Assembly (NCBI RefSeq): GCF_006345805.1
Contig: NC_042999.1
Location: 46,252,001-46,316,000 of the forward strand
Origin: Octopus sinensis
Taxonomy: Eukaryota
Direction: 5' to 3'
Length of the DNA stretch: 64,000 bases
In this document: positions 1-58,209 of the stretch, piece after piece
Position numbering within the stretch: the first letter of the stretch is position 1
Layout: each line of letters opens with the position of its first letter
The notes under the pieces: generated by a model
Seen by the model: the letters and a program-made list of their open reading frames with translations, nothing else
What the model was told of the DNA's origin: nothing
The model's database searches: none
Position numbers and translations under genes: made by a program

Positions 1-1112
1 CAAACGATCTATGTACTTGTGATATTTTTCTGTATTTACCTCCAAACCTTCGTGAGCTGTCTAGAGTAAACATTATCTGAGAAAAATTTTCTTTAAGTAG
101 TAGAAATGGCTAAAAAAATTTTTTTAGCTGCTATTTCTACTAAGTTCAGTATGTGGCAAAGTAATTTATTTTACTAAGCCCTAATTATATAATATATATA
201 TAATATATATGTATACACATACACACATACATATACATATATACATGTATACATGCACACACACATACATACATGTATGTGTGTGTACATTATATACACA
301 CACACACTCTCTCTCCCCACCTCATTCACTAATACAAGGGTACCCAAAAGTAACTGGAAGCGTTCCCTGTGAGACATGCTCGTGGTAGTTCAGACTTCTA
401 CCGCTAGAAGTCACTTGATGCAAGCCTCAGGCATCAGTCTGCCGACCGGCGTCGCACTGTTACGTGACGCGTTTTGTTTTGCAGTGTTTCTCCCCTGTTC
501 GTCGATTTTTGCGGTGGCTGAAACGAAAGAACACTATGCTTCGTGCTGGGGAAATAGCTTACAGTACGCTACCATTAGCAAAACACAAGCTTACGTAATG
601 CGTGTGTGTGTATGTGTGTGTGCTTGTCTTGGCAATAGGTATTAGCTTGTTTACGTTCCAGTAACATAGCAGTTCGGCAAAAGAACCGATATATTAAGTA
701 ACAAACTTGAAAAATAAGTTCTGTACATTTGATTAAAACCTTACAAGTCGGTGCTCCAGCATAGCCGCAGTCCAATGACTAGAGCAAGTACAAGGTAAAA
801 GATTAAAAGTTTATTGCCGATAAAGTAGTTTGAGCGCAATGTACTGAGAGAAATAAAGCAAGGAAAGGTAGGGATGGTATGAGATTTGTGAGAAAATTGG
901 AACACATTTTCGTTTATATATAATAAATAATAATGTTTTGATATTACTAATGCATGAAGTTAGGTTAAATAAATGAATTAGGCGTCTTAAGAATAATTAC
1001 GTCACATACATTCAAAGAGACATACTTGAAATTAGTTTTTATATATAATAGCATACACGACCTCAATTTATAAACTTATATACGTAAGCACATACAATCC
1101 TATATATATATA

Positions 1113-1162
<50 letters not shown>

Positions 1163-1789
1163 TATATATATATATATATATGTATATATACTTTTTTACT
1201 CTTTTACTTGTTGCAGTCATTTGACTGTGCCCATGCTGGAGCACCGCCTTCCAGTCGAGCAAATCGAACCACGGACTTATACTTCGAAAGCCTAGTACTT
1301 ATTCTATCGGGCTCTGTCGCCGAACCGCCAAGTTACGGGGACGTAAACACACCAGCATCGGTTGTCAAACGATGTTGGGGGAACAAACACAGACACACAA
1401 ACATATACACAGATACACACACACACACCTTTAACATAGTTCTCGAGTAAATTCAGCGTGACAGAGAATGCGACAAGACTGGCTTATTGAAATACAGGTA
1501 CAACTTATTTTTGCCAGCTGAGTAAAGTGGAGCAACGTGAAATAAAGTGTCTTGCTCAAGGACACAACGCGCCGGGAATCGAACTTCGAACTCACGACCT
1601 ATTGATCGTGAGCCGAGTGCCCTAATCACTATACTATACGATATATATATATATGGCGGTGCCCCAGCATGGCCACGGCTCGTGAGCTGAAACTAGATAA
1701 AATAAAAATAAAAGTAATAAAATACATACATACACGTGTGCGTATATGTGTGTATACATACACACACACATATATGTATATACATACAT

Positions 1790-3010
1790 GCCTAGCCAGA
1801 AGAATTTGTACCATTATAGAAGATGCAAATATCAGGAACAAACGCTTAACAGAACTAAGAGAATTTTTGCTCAAACAAAAATACCCATCTCTACTTATAG
1901 AAAATGGCATACAGCGGGCTATAAAAATACCCATACAACAACTTAGGACAACCCAAGGAAGAGGAAAACAAGAACAAGTCATACCATTCATAGTGACACA
2001 CAACCCATGTCACCAGAATATCTTCAACATTGCCAAAGCAAACTTACCAATCATTGCTCAAATTAATGAATTAAAAGACATAATCACGGATCGAGTAAAA
2101 TTACTAACAAAGACAAAATTTGACCTTAGCAACAAAAACCAAGCATTCACTGTATCTAAATGTTATGATAGCCGGTGTGGCACATGCCAATTCATACATA
2201 CCGGCCAATATATAAACACAAAAACCGGGAAAATATTCACAAACGCGAATATGAACTGCAAAAGCAGAAATTTAATTTACTGTATCAAATGCCCAAATTG
2301 TGAAGAAATATATGTAGGTCAGACGGGAAATGCACTATCAGAACGCTCACGTGTACACCGACAACAGATTAGAGACCCAGAGGTCCGTCAGATACCTTTG
2401 AGTAACCACCTAGCAACATGCGGTCGGAAAATATATATAATATTTCCATTCTACAAATTACGCAGCCCAAGTGAAATCGAGAGGAAAATCAGAGAAAAGA
2501 ATTTTATTGATAAATTCGAACCCAAGCTAAATAAGCAATAATAATACTTAGATAGCAGGAAAATTATCGTATTTAGGGTTAAAAGTTCTATTGCCACCAC
2601 CATCACCACTAGCAACAATAATTAAAGTGCTGACAATGATGATGATGACAATTGAAATATAAAAATATAAAAATCTCTGACAAAGGCTATTTACAACATT
2701 TCTAAAAATAGCCCAACAATTGCTGCTTCAGCCAGGGTTAAGATACAGGACTCTTGACATGTTCAACAAAGCGTGACGCCTAAACCAATCAGCTCAACCA
2801 ACCAATCAGCTTAAGTAATTGAGTGATACTACACATTGATTGGTCAGAATACAGTTTGCAAAACCTAGCAATCTGGAGCCTACACAGCTGTGTTTAAGGC
2901 ACAGTTTTAATCATCTAGCTACAGTCAAAAATTGTGAAGCATGACTGTCACCACTACTACATGAACCTGAAGATTGCACAATTTAATGCATGAAAGTACT
3001 AGTTCAATCA
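1790..3010 (+). mobile_element. Penelope-like retroelement 3' fragment (RT thumb/linker, GIY-YIG endonuclease, 3' pseudo-LTR), Neptune-like
   Basis: ORF to 2541 has IPFIVTHNP, the C-x4-C-x2-C knuckle CYDSRCGTC and IYCIKCPNCEEIYVGQT; hammerhead motif downstream. The ORF N-terminus before about 1790 is microsatellite. Confidence 0.85.
2962..3006 (+). ncRNA. Minimal type I hammerhead ribozyme (PLE-associated)
   Basis: Stem I tgaac/gttca, core CUGAAGA, stem II tgca/tgca (U-U at 10.1-11.1), GAAA, palindromic gtac stem III, CUA cleavage triplet. Confidence 0.72.
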
Positions 3011-3138
3011 GAATGAACATTTAACATTCTATTATTTTATTTTATCTTATTTTATTTTATTATATTATCTTATATTATATCATTATAAGATTGTGAATAA
3101 AACGTGAAAATCAGACAAGGTTGGAATTCCTTTTATTA

Positions 3139-3174
<36 letters not shown>

Positions 3175-3397
3175 TGGGTCTCCAGCCAGGCCACGTGATA
3201 GGCCTGGTTGGAAACACAAACTTCCAAGCAGTTTTACAGGCCTTAGAAAAACTGAAGGACTGCTGCAATAAGTGTGTGAATCTGAGAGGGGAATATGTTG
3301 AATAAAATCATTATTAACTGATCCTCCTTTTCAGCACGCATTCGTGAGTGCTTCACAGTCTAAAAGACATATCATTTGGTAAAAATCTCAATTTTAG

Positions 3398-48373
<44,976 letters not shown>

Positions 48374-48600
48374 ATTTCGTTTTTAAATTCTATAAATATT
48401 ACAGCCAAAACCTGAAATATAATATCAAACCTTACCGATATATCTTTATCAGTATATTTGGGTTATTATTGTTAATGAATATCATTTCAACATTATGAAC
48501 ATTATTATAATGTATGATAACCCACAGCTCATATAATATTAAATTCTTTGCTGAATAGCTCGGAGTTCGAATTCCAAGGAGTTCGATAAAATTATAACAC

Positions 48601-48606
48601 AATAAA
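48601..48606 (+). promoter_or_regulatory. Candidate polyadenylation signal AATAAA for the GH10-WSC gene (alternative at 48737-48742)
   Basis: First AATAAA seen about 230 nt after the stop; AT-rich context makes it weak evidence. Confidence 0.3.
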
Positions 48607-48749
48607 ATACAGATTCAAATCAATTGAATATTTCATTTTTATATAATTTACCTCGTGTCTATCAAAATATGTCATATTGCTTTATAAATGTGTTTTCTTA
48701 TAGAACATTTCAGCACTGAACATACCAGCACTGTCTAATAAAGTGACAA

Positions 48750-49268
48750 CTGACGGGATTCAAGCCTCTTCTCCTTATCTCCTCAAAGACATACAGCATC
48801 TCGAAAGAGTCCAGAAGCTGGCTACCCGCATAGTTCATGGTCTCAAAAATGTGTTCTATGAAGAAAGGCTGAGGACGCTCGACCTTTATTCTCTTGAAAA
48901 ACGCCGCCGCCGTGGTGATCTCATTCTCGCCCACAACATCATAAGCGGAAAGTGTAACCTCTCGAAAGAGCTGTTCTTCACTCCTGTTCCAGAGCGTCGG
49001 CTGCGGGGTCATTCCGAAAAGCTCTACCTGCGACGATTTCATCTCAATCGAAGGAGAGGGGCTTTCTCCGTCCGGGTTGCGGATCCGTGGAACAAGCTGC
49101 CAGATGAGATGGTGAAGATGCCGACGACCGCTTTGTTCAAAGCCTCCCTTGACCTCAAGTGGCCTGAACTCTTTACATGAACACCACCCTGTACTTAACT
49201 CCATGTCCCCCTACATGGCCTTGCTATTTACTTTTGAGCCAAATTAACTAACTAACTAACTAACTAAC
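48750..49268 (+). mobile_element. 5'-truncated CR1/L2-type LINE 3' end with (TAAC)n tail
   Basis: LERVQKLATR, YEERLRTLDLYSLEKRRRRGDLI, RGH, FSVRVADPWNKLP; 3' UTR then 6 x TAAC. Confidence 0.88.
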
Positions 49269-51227
49269 TTGTCAGACCAGCTTTCATTTATTTATTTATT
49301 TATTTATCATTTCCGGAGCGTGTGATTGTGTGTGATTGTGTGTGTGTGTGTGTGTTTCAAGGTTATGTAGATTAATGTATGTGATGGCGCATACGAAATC
49401 CATCAGGTGAGAAAAATACGGTTAAAGTCAATAATGGACGTTTTACTTCGTTGTTGCAAATTACTATAGCTTGAACACCAGGAGCCCTACCCGTTTTATG
49501 AGTGAGAAATGGCTAAGCTGTGAAAGGCTTTTAGTTCTCAGATATGTCTTAATTTCAAACACTGTTTTCTCAAAGAAGTCTATTTTCTGGGTCGCGTCTG
49601 CTTATCCGAGAAAAACAGCATATCTTACTCAAACTATCTGAAAAGTTTAAAGTATTCTGAAATCTGTGAGTTATGCTCTTTCTGAATAAAGCATAGAAGA
49701 TCGTTTCAAAATTTTCCCCATGCTTATGGTTTTCCCATGCTCCACCAATTATTTGCATTCAAAATATATTTTAAGTTGTGATTACATGCAAATCTTACTA
49801 GCATATTTCATCAATCTGTGAATCTGAAAAAGATTGACGCCTTTGCAGACGTTCAAATAAGGTACTTATACAGACACTTAAAACAGATAATATTAAACCA
49901 CTCCAACGTGCCTGTTAACATACCTTGTAAGCACCTTAAGGAATGACATCAACAACACAGCTGTCTTAATGTTTATCGTCTTAAAAAAAAAATGTAGACT
50001 TTCAATGAAGAACATTAATCGTTCAGTTGATAAGTGTTTATCTACGAGCTTTTTGACATCAGCTTATCTACTAGTTAACCTAGAATCACGTCTTGATCTT
50101 AGGTCAACTACTCGCTATTTGATACTGAGTTTCCTACTAGATGTTTGGCATGACCTTCATTGTTATTTGCACATAGGTTGATGCTAGAAGACGTCAGTGT
50201 TTCTCAGCCGTTTCTTATTTTATCTATGAGCCACTTAGATTCCGATTTTACACGTATGTAACCTCATAGCCATTCGAGGTTTAAATAAATCATAATATAT
50301 TTTTATAACTAAATATAAAAAGAAATTGTAAAAATATTTTGTGTATTGTATAGAAGTACAACCAATCTATTGCAGGTAAATTTTAACCACAACATCTTAA
50401 ATGAATCCCTAAAGGCCTTTTGGACCCCGCTTGAGTACCAATGGGTTGGGTTATGATAATCTTCTACAACTCATGCATGAAATTTTCTGCTGAATAGCTC
50501 GGAGATCGAATTCCAAGGAGTTTGTTCATTCTTCCCGGCTCGATAAAATTATAACACAACAAAATACCGATTCAAATCTATGGAATATTTCATCTTTACA
50601 TACTTATTTTATTGATCTCGAAAGAACGAAGGGCAAAGTCGACCACAGCGGAATTTGAACACAGAACGTAGCGGTAGACGAAATACCTATTTCTTTACTA
50701 CCCACAAGGGGCTAAACACAGAGGGGACAAACAAGGACAGACAAACGGGTTAAGTCGATTATATCGACCCCAGAGCGTAACTGGTACTTATTTAATCGAC
50801 CCCGAAAGGATGAAAGGCAAAGTCGACCTCGGCGGAATTTGAACTCAGAATGTAACGGCAGACGAAATACGGCTACGCATTTCGCCCGGCGTGCTAACGT
50901 TTCTGCCAGATCGCCGCTTTTATAATAATAATAATGGTTTCTGCTAAAAGTACAAGGCCTGAAATTTGGTGGGGGTGGGGACTAGTTGATTACATCGACC
51001 CCACTGTTTCACTGATACTTTACCGACTGCGAAAGGATGAAAGGTAAAGTCGACCTCGGCGGAATTACCATGCCATAATTATTGGGTTAAAAGTCGTCGT
51101 CGTCGTAGTAGTAGTAGTAGTAGCCATCGTCGTCGTTGTAGTAGTAGTAATAGTAGCCGTTGTCGTCGTCGTCGTCATAGTAGTAGTAGCCGTCGTCAGT
51201 GTCGTCGTCGTCGTAGTAGTAGTAGTA

Positions 51228-51262
<35 letters not shown>

Positions 51263-54151
51263 TGTTACAGCAGCTGCAGTATAGGGGCCTGCACCCAATC
51301 TCTTTTAATCGCCTTTTAAGATACGAAAAAAAAACGTTGGCTGTTTTCTTTGACATGCCGGTCCCCTCACAGCACGTCGTACTTAAATAAGTATGTAAAG
51401 AAGTCACCGTAATGGTTCGGAAAAATTTGGATCTTGCAATACGGACAATTTTCCTGGATCCATAAGGTAAGTCGGTAGTCCTGGACGTGACAAACAGCGA
51501 AGGATATACTTTCAAGCTAGTTGCCGTCTATGCCCCGGCAGGGGCAGGACAGCCAGATTTCTTCAGAAGTCTGCAAACTTTCCCGGGAACGTCTAAATTC
51601 TTAGTGTTAGTGGACGATTGGAGTAAAGTTTGAGATATGAGGAGGTACTGTGTAGATTTAGCAGATAGGAGAGGAGAGTACAAAAGCTTCGCAAACCTGC
51701 CCATAACTAACTAACTAACTAACTTGTCAGACCAGCTTTCATTTATTTATTTATTTATTTATCATTTCCGGAGCGTGTGATTGTGTGTGATTGTGTGTGT
51801 GTGTGTGTGTTTCAAGGTTATGTAGATTAATGTATGTGATGGCGCATACGAAATCTATCAGGTGAGAAAAATACGGTTAAAGTCAATAATGGACGTTTTA
51901 CTTCGTTGTTGCAAATTACTATAGCTTGAACACCAGGAGCCCTACCCGTTTTATGAGTGAGAAATGGCTAAGCTGTGAAAGGCTTTTAGTTCTCAGATAT
52001 GTCTTAATTTCAAACACTGTTTTCTCAAAGAAGTCTATTTTCTGGGTCGCGTCTGCTTATCCGAGAAAAACAGCATATCTTACTCAAACTATCTGAAAAG
52101 TTTAAAGTATTCTGAAATGTGTGAGTTATGCTCTTTCTGAATAAAACATAGAAGATCGTTTCAAAATTTTCCCCATGCTTATGGTTTTCCCATGCTCCAC
52201 CAATTATTTGCATTCAAAATATATTTTAAGTTGTGATTACATGCAAATCTTACTAGCATATTTCATCAATCTGTGAATCTGAAAAAGATTGACGCCTTTG
52301 CAGACGTTCAAATAAGGTACTTATACAGACACTTAAAACAGATAATATTAAACCACTCCAACGTGCCTGTTAACATACCTTGTAAGCACCTTAAGGAATG
52401 ACATCAACAACACAGCTGTCTTAATGTTTATCGTCTTAAAAAAAAAATGTAGACTTTCAATGAAGAACATTAATCGTTCAGTTGATAAGTGTTTATCTAC
52501 GAGCTTTTTGACATCAGCTTATCTACTAGTTAACCTAGAATCACGTCTTGATCTTAGGTCAACTACTCGCTATTTGATACTGAGTTTCCTACTAGATGTT
52601 TGGCATGACCTTCATTGTTATTTGCACATAGGTTGATGCTAGAAGACGTCAGTGTTTCTCAGCCGTTTCTTATTTTATCTATGAGCCACTTAGATTCCGA
52701 TTTTACACGTATGTAACCTCATAGCCATTCGAGGTTTAAATAAATCATAATATATTTTATAACTAAATATAAAAAGAAATTGTAAAAATATTTTGTGTAT
52801 TGTATAGAAGTACAACCAATCTATTGCAGGTAAATTTTAACCACAACATCTTAAATGAATCCCTAAAGGCCTTTTGGACCCCGCTTGAGTACCAATGGGT
52901 TGGGTTATGATAATCTTCTACAACTCATGCATGAAATTTTCTGCTGAATAGCTCGGAGATCGAATTCCAAGGAGTTTGTTCATTCTTCCCGGCTCGATAA
53001 AATTATAACACAACAAAATACCGATTCAAATCTATGGAATATTTCATCTTTACATACTTATTTTATTGATCTCGAAAGAACGAAGGGCAAAGTCGACCAC
53101 AGCGGAATTTGAACACAGAACGTAGCGGTAGACGAAATACCTATTTCTTTACTACCCACAAGGGGCTAAACACAGAGGGGACAAACAAGGACAGACAAAC
53201 GGGTTAAGTCGATTATATCGACCCCAGAGCGTAACTGGTACTTATTTAATCGACCCCGAAAGGATGAAAGGCAAAGTCGACCTCGGCGGAATTTGAACTC
53301 AGAATGTAACGGCAGACGAAATACGGCTACGCATTTCGCCCGGCGTGCTAACGTTTCTGCCAGATCGCCGCTTTTATAATAATAATAATGGTTTCTGCTA
53401 AAAGTACAAGGCCTGAAATTTGGTGGGGGTGGGGACTAGTTGATTACATCGACCCCACTGTTTCACTGATACTTTACCGACTGCGAAAGGATGAAAGGTA
53501 AAGTCGACCTCGGCGGAATTACCATGCCATAATTATTGGGTTAAAAGTCGTCGTCGTCGTAGTAGTAGTAGTAGTAGTAGCCATCGTCGTCGTTGTAGTA
53601 GTAGTAATAGTAGCCGTTGTCGTCGTCGTCGTCATAGTAGTAGTAGCCGTCGTCAGTGTCGTCGTCGTCGTAGTAGTAGTAGTAGTAGAAGTAGTAGTAG
53701 TAGTAGTAGTTGTTGCAGCAGCTGCAGTATAGGGGCCTGCACCCAATCTCTTTTAATCGCCTTTTAAGATACGAAAAAAAAACGTTGGCTGTTTTCTTTG
53801 ACATGCCGGTCCCCTCACAGCACGTCGTACTTAAATAAGTATGTAAAGAAGTCACCGTAATGGTTCGGAAAAATTTGGATCTTGCAATACGGACAATTTT
53901 CCTGGATCCATAAGGTAAGTCGGTAGTCCTGGACGTGACAAACAGCGAAGGATATACTTTCAAGCTAGTTGCCGTCTATGCCCCGGCAGGGGCAGGACAG
54001 CCAGATTTCTTCAGAAGTCTGCAAACTTTCCCGGGAACGTCTAAATTCTTAGTGTTAGTGGACGATTGGAGTAAAGTTTGAGATATGAGGAGGTACTGTG
54101 TAGATTTAGCAGATAGGAGAGGAGAGTACAAAAGCTTCGCAAACCTGCCCA
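49249..54151 (+). repeat. Near-identical tandem duplication: 49249-51703 and 51704-54151
   Basis: Period 2455 at ttgtcagacc; duplicated ORF pairs in the track; only a few substitutions and microsatellite length changes. Confidence 0.95.
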
Positions 54152-54660
54152 AACAATTCTAACTGTCTGAGACAGGTATCGACTGAATTTCCCGGATGTG
54201 CCGGTGTGGGCCTAATCAAACCGCATCGGGTCATCCAAATCGTATCTAGATAGGTTATTCTGTTGAGTAGCCGATAAGGATAGCATAAGTTGTCCACTGT
54301 TTAAAGTAGTCGACTACACAGACTACAAAATCGTGATTTGTACAGTCGACTTAGACGGGCTTCATAGATATGAACCCGGTTACTGAAAGCTGAACGCGTG
54401 GTTGCCGTCACGTAAAGAATTTGGAGACCGAATTAGTGAGCTAGTTAAGTGGGCATCGACAGGGGTAATCATCAAAAATTAATGGTGCTTCACCCTGAAA
54501 AAGATGATTAGAATAGAATCGATAAAGTTTAGCAATGGACTAGCAGTAAAAAGAAACAGAGTTAGTAGTTGAGCTCGTCAAGAAGTTAGACGAGGCTTTT
54601 AGAAAAGGCATCGCGACCGACGTATTGGCTGCGAGATTGGCATTCGATCAATTCTTCAAC
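53740..54660 (+). mobile_element. Degenerate L1/Tx1 APE endonuclease fragment (truncated copy at 51290-51703)
   Basis: FKLVAVYAP...FLVLVDDW, SYLDRLF, DYTDYK (SDH-like), PGYxKLN motifs. Confidence 0.78.
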
Positions 54661-55189
54661 GTGAAACACGAAGGTTGCGTTGTCAGAGCCAAGGCACGAG
54701 GACTTAGACATGAAGGTAAAGTTCATTTCAAAATATATATATTTTGAAATGAACTTTACCTTCCACATTAAAATACTTTGTTGTGTTACTTGGGTTTTCC
54801 CCATAAGTTTTTTTAAAGTAAAAATTTATCAAAAATTGATTTTATCTTCCGTGCAAACATTAGCTCTGCAGGCGATTTGCCTGAACAGTTGTTCAGGTTA
54901 AGTGTTACCCTATAAATCCTTAAGAACTGAGTTAGTGCTGCATCATTGCCTAATTCATTTCCTGATTTTTTTAGTGCTCGCTTAAATGTGCCTATGAATC
55001 TTTCTGCTTCCCCGTTTTATCTCGATTGGTATAGCAGAATAGAGCTCTCAATTCATGCATATTTGGTATATAATTTTGATAATAATTCACTAGACCTACA
55101 AAAACTTGTAAGATCGTTATATTAATCGGAGGAGGTATATTTTTAATTGCATCTGCTCTCGACGGGTCAAATCGGCTTCCATTTCTGAC

Positions 55190-55936
55190 TATAATTTATC
55201 CTAAATACTTAATTTTAGGTAAGAAAAGTTCGCATTTCTCCTCAATCAGTGTAAAACCGTAATCTCTTATTTTTTCAAAAATACATTTTACATTCTCAAT
55301 ATGCAGATCGTGAAATTCACTTTTAATTAATATATCTTCCAGGTATGGAATTGCGAATCCACACAGTTCGCTATAACATTGCATCCATAACCTGTTGAAA
55401 ACTTACAGGTGCGGCCTTTAGACTAAATGGTAATATGTTATTTTTGTATAGTCTTTTATGCGTATTCACTGTTGGGTATTTTGAGCATTCCTCGTCTACT
55501 CTAATTTGTAGGTACGGATCGGAGAGATCCAGTTTCGAAAGTATCTTGACCCTGTTTAACTTCGTAAAAATATCATCCGGAGTAGGTAGCCGATAGTGAC
55601 ACATTTTCAGACATTCATGCAAGCCAGTGGAAAAATCGCTACTCACTCTGATTTTGTTATTCTTTTTTCGAATACACACCGTTGGAGCTGCCCATTAAGC
55701 AGATTCCACTTTTTGGATGACTCTAATTTTCTCTAATCTGTCTAAGTCTTCATCGAAATTTTTTATCACAGCGAAAGCTACCGTTCATTTTGGTTTGAAC
55801 ATTGGTATTGCGTTTTCCTTAATTTGGAAATATGCCTAAGTCTCATTTCACAAGCCTAATTTAACCGACAACACTTCAGGAAAAGCATCTTAAAATTGTT
55901 ACTGACCAACGTAAGCTTCGAATCAACTCGTCGCCA
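55190..55936 (-). mobile_element. Ty3/Gypsy LTR retrotransposon remnant: RT fragment and PBS
   Basis: LPTPDDIF...SKLDLSDPYLQI...LPFSLKAAP..FQ and YLEDILI motifs; PBS-like TGGCGACGAG at 55927-55936 (minus). Confidence 0.82.
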
Positions 55937-55942
55937 CTTTAG

Positions 55943-56190
55943 TGTCGTGCACTAAGACAGTGTGATATATAGTACCGCGGAACGAAGTATACACCAGCAG
56001 TCTACACTTGATGTATTCCCAAATACTCTGACAACAACTGTAACCAATCCAAAACAACTCTCAACGAGCAATAACAACTTCTCAACTATTTCTTGCGACT
56101 CCACGAACTCACGAATGACACCTTTCGACTTCCTGTGATTTCTCATCTCTCTCTCTCATTCAAACACACTGCAACTTATAACGAGTTCAG
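55943..56190 (-). repeat. Putative 5' LTR of the Gypsy remnant
   Basis: Ends in CA (plus tg at 55943) 6 nt before the PBS; distal boundary uncertain. Confidence 0.45.
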
Positions 56191-56659
56191 CTAGTCCATT
56201 CTCACAGGGGGTATCATGATTCTCGCCATAACAGTTTTGGTCGACAAAAAGTACAAAAATGGAAACACAGCCAATTTTTTTCGGGAAAGATCTCTTAGAG
56301 GATCTTTGAAAAATCTACTGCTCCATTTTCGATAACATTGTCCGAAATAAAAACAACACCTTCGAAAATATAAACATTGAATACTCTTTCGTGAGCAAGA
56401 TGGAAAGTGATAACACAATAACTAGCAACAGAAGCAGTAGCAACAAGAATATAAAAGTTTTAATACAAATACATGCAATTTTCATACAAAGGTCAAAAGT
56501 ATCGAAAGACCGCTTCGTGAATGTGTCGTAAGAAAGCCTCTTAGCTTAAGAAATCTGACACGTCAGATTTTAAAGTATTATTTGGTATTCTCCGCCTACT
56601 ACCCACAAATAGAAGGGGAGGTGAGCACCCACTAGGTTCAAAGTTTAATAGATCAAATT

Positions 56660-57045
56660 ACTATTAAATCATGGAAGCACTCCGTCGGTTATGACGACGA
56701 GGGTTCCGGTTGATCCGATCAACGGAACAGCCTGCTCGTGAAATAAACGTGTAAGTGGCTGAGCACTCCACAGACACGCGTACCCTTAACGTAGTTCTCG
56801 GGGATATTCAGCGTGACACAGGGAGTGACAAGGCCGGCCCTTTGAAATACAGGTACAACAGAAACAGAATGAGAGAAAGTTGTGGTGAAAGAGTACAGCA
56901 GGGATCACCACCATCCCCTGCCGGAGCCTCGTGGAGCTTTAGGTGTTTTCGCTCAATAAACACTCACAACGCCCGGTCTGGGAATCGAAACCGCGATCCT
57001 ATGACCGCGAGTCCGCTGCCCTAACCACTGGGCCATTGCGCCTCC
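56660..57045 (-). mobile_element. SINE family C / composite SINE
   Basis: Reverse complement of the tRNA-like head ends at 57045. Confidence 0.75.
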
Positions 57046-58209
57046 ACTATTAAATCAACAAACTGCAGCAGCAGATTCAGCGATATTACTGCACAAGGGC
57101 ATAACTCAAATTACGAACTCTCCACAGTGAATTGTAATATGCCAATACCAAGAATAGTAATTTGAAGCAGTAATAAGACTACGAATAAGACCACAACTTA
57201 CTCCACCACTACCACCACAACAATGAATAAAATTGATAAGTTTGGGGAAAGTGCGGGTGGATGCACCGTCTCAAAGAGGTGTTGGCAGCAAGAAAACAGA
57301 AAACAATTATGTATAAATGTATTTTTGTAAGTACAAAGCAGCCGGAGATGGCTTTGTAGCAGAGGTGTAAGGGGCTCTGAAAGATAGAATGCCCGATAGT
57401 CAGCATGTTTCGAGGGCAAAACAGTTTGCGGGCATGGGGAGACAGACCACTTGAGAGCTTTCTGCCCTAAACAGAAGACGGGGGCCCATGAAATTCTCTT
57501 ACTGCCAACACCAGATCCCTAAAAACCTCAGCAACCACACCAGCAAGAACAGCTACAAAATCAGCCCCTATCCCGGCAACAACTGCATCATCAACAGCAG
57601 GAACAGCAAAATCAGTAAATGCTGGAAGATGACTAACACCAGCAACAACAGCAACCTCAGCCACATCAGCAACACCATCAACACCACCAACAACAACACC
57701 AGTAGCAGATCTACTACCACCGCTTCCTTCAACAGCAGAAGGAATAAGAGAAACGGACACACATAGCATCCAGGCTTCTCTCAACGAAGCTCTCCACTAA
57801 CTTCCTCCATCCGTCTGCTCCAAGCCCAAATATTTTCATTGTCTCAGACCCCGAGTCTACAGACATGGATTCATCTGCAACATACCGTGAAAACGAGGGG
57901 GGAACCCTCAAAATCCAAAAGACCAAAAAAGGAATCACAGTAAAACATCATGCCCTATAATCAGCATACACGCCAAAAACCGTAGAAAACATTCACAACC
58001 GCCACAGCCACATCTACATCATCACCAACCCCTCTAGCACTGCAATCACAAAGTGCTCCACCAACACTACACCAGCTACAACAACTGGCCGAAATAAAGC
58101 ACTCCCAACAGCAACAACCAAACACTCAAGCACTAAGCTTCGTGTTAGTGAGAAGGACCAACAAACAATTGATAGCCCTCATAGCATCTCGGCACCTGGC
58201 GATGCAGGT

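Noticed and set aside
376-645. 89-aa ORF as a possible upstream GH10 exon or signal peptide
   Set aside because: No GH10 or CBM motif and no suitable phase-0 donor identified; it ends in (TG)n/SINE sequence.
57467-57938. Ala/Val/Gly-rich minus-strand ORFs
   Set aside because: Low complexity with no recognisable domain; possibly LINE ORF1 debris, but this cannot be supported.
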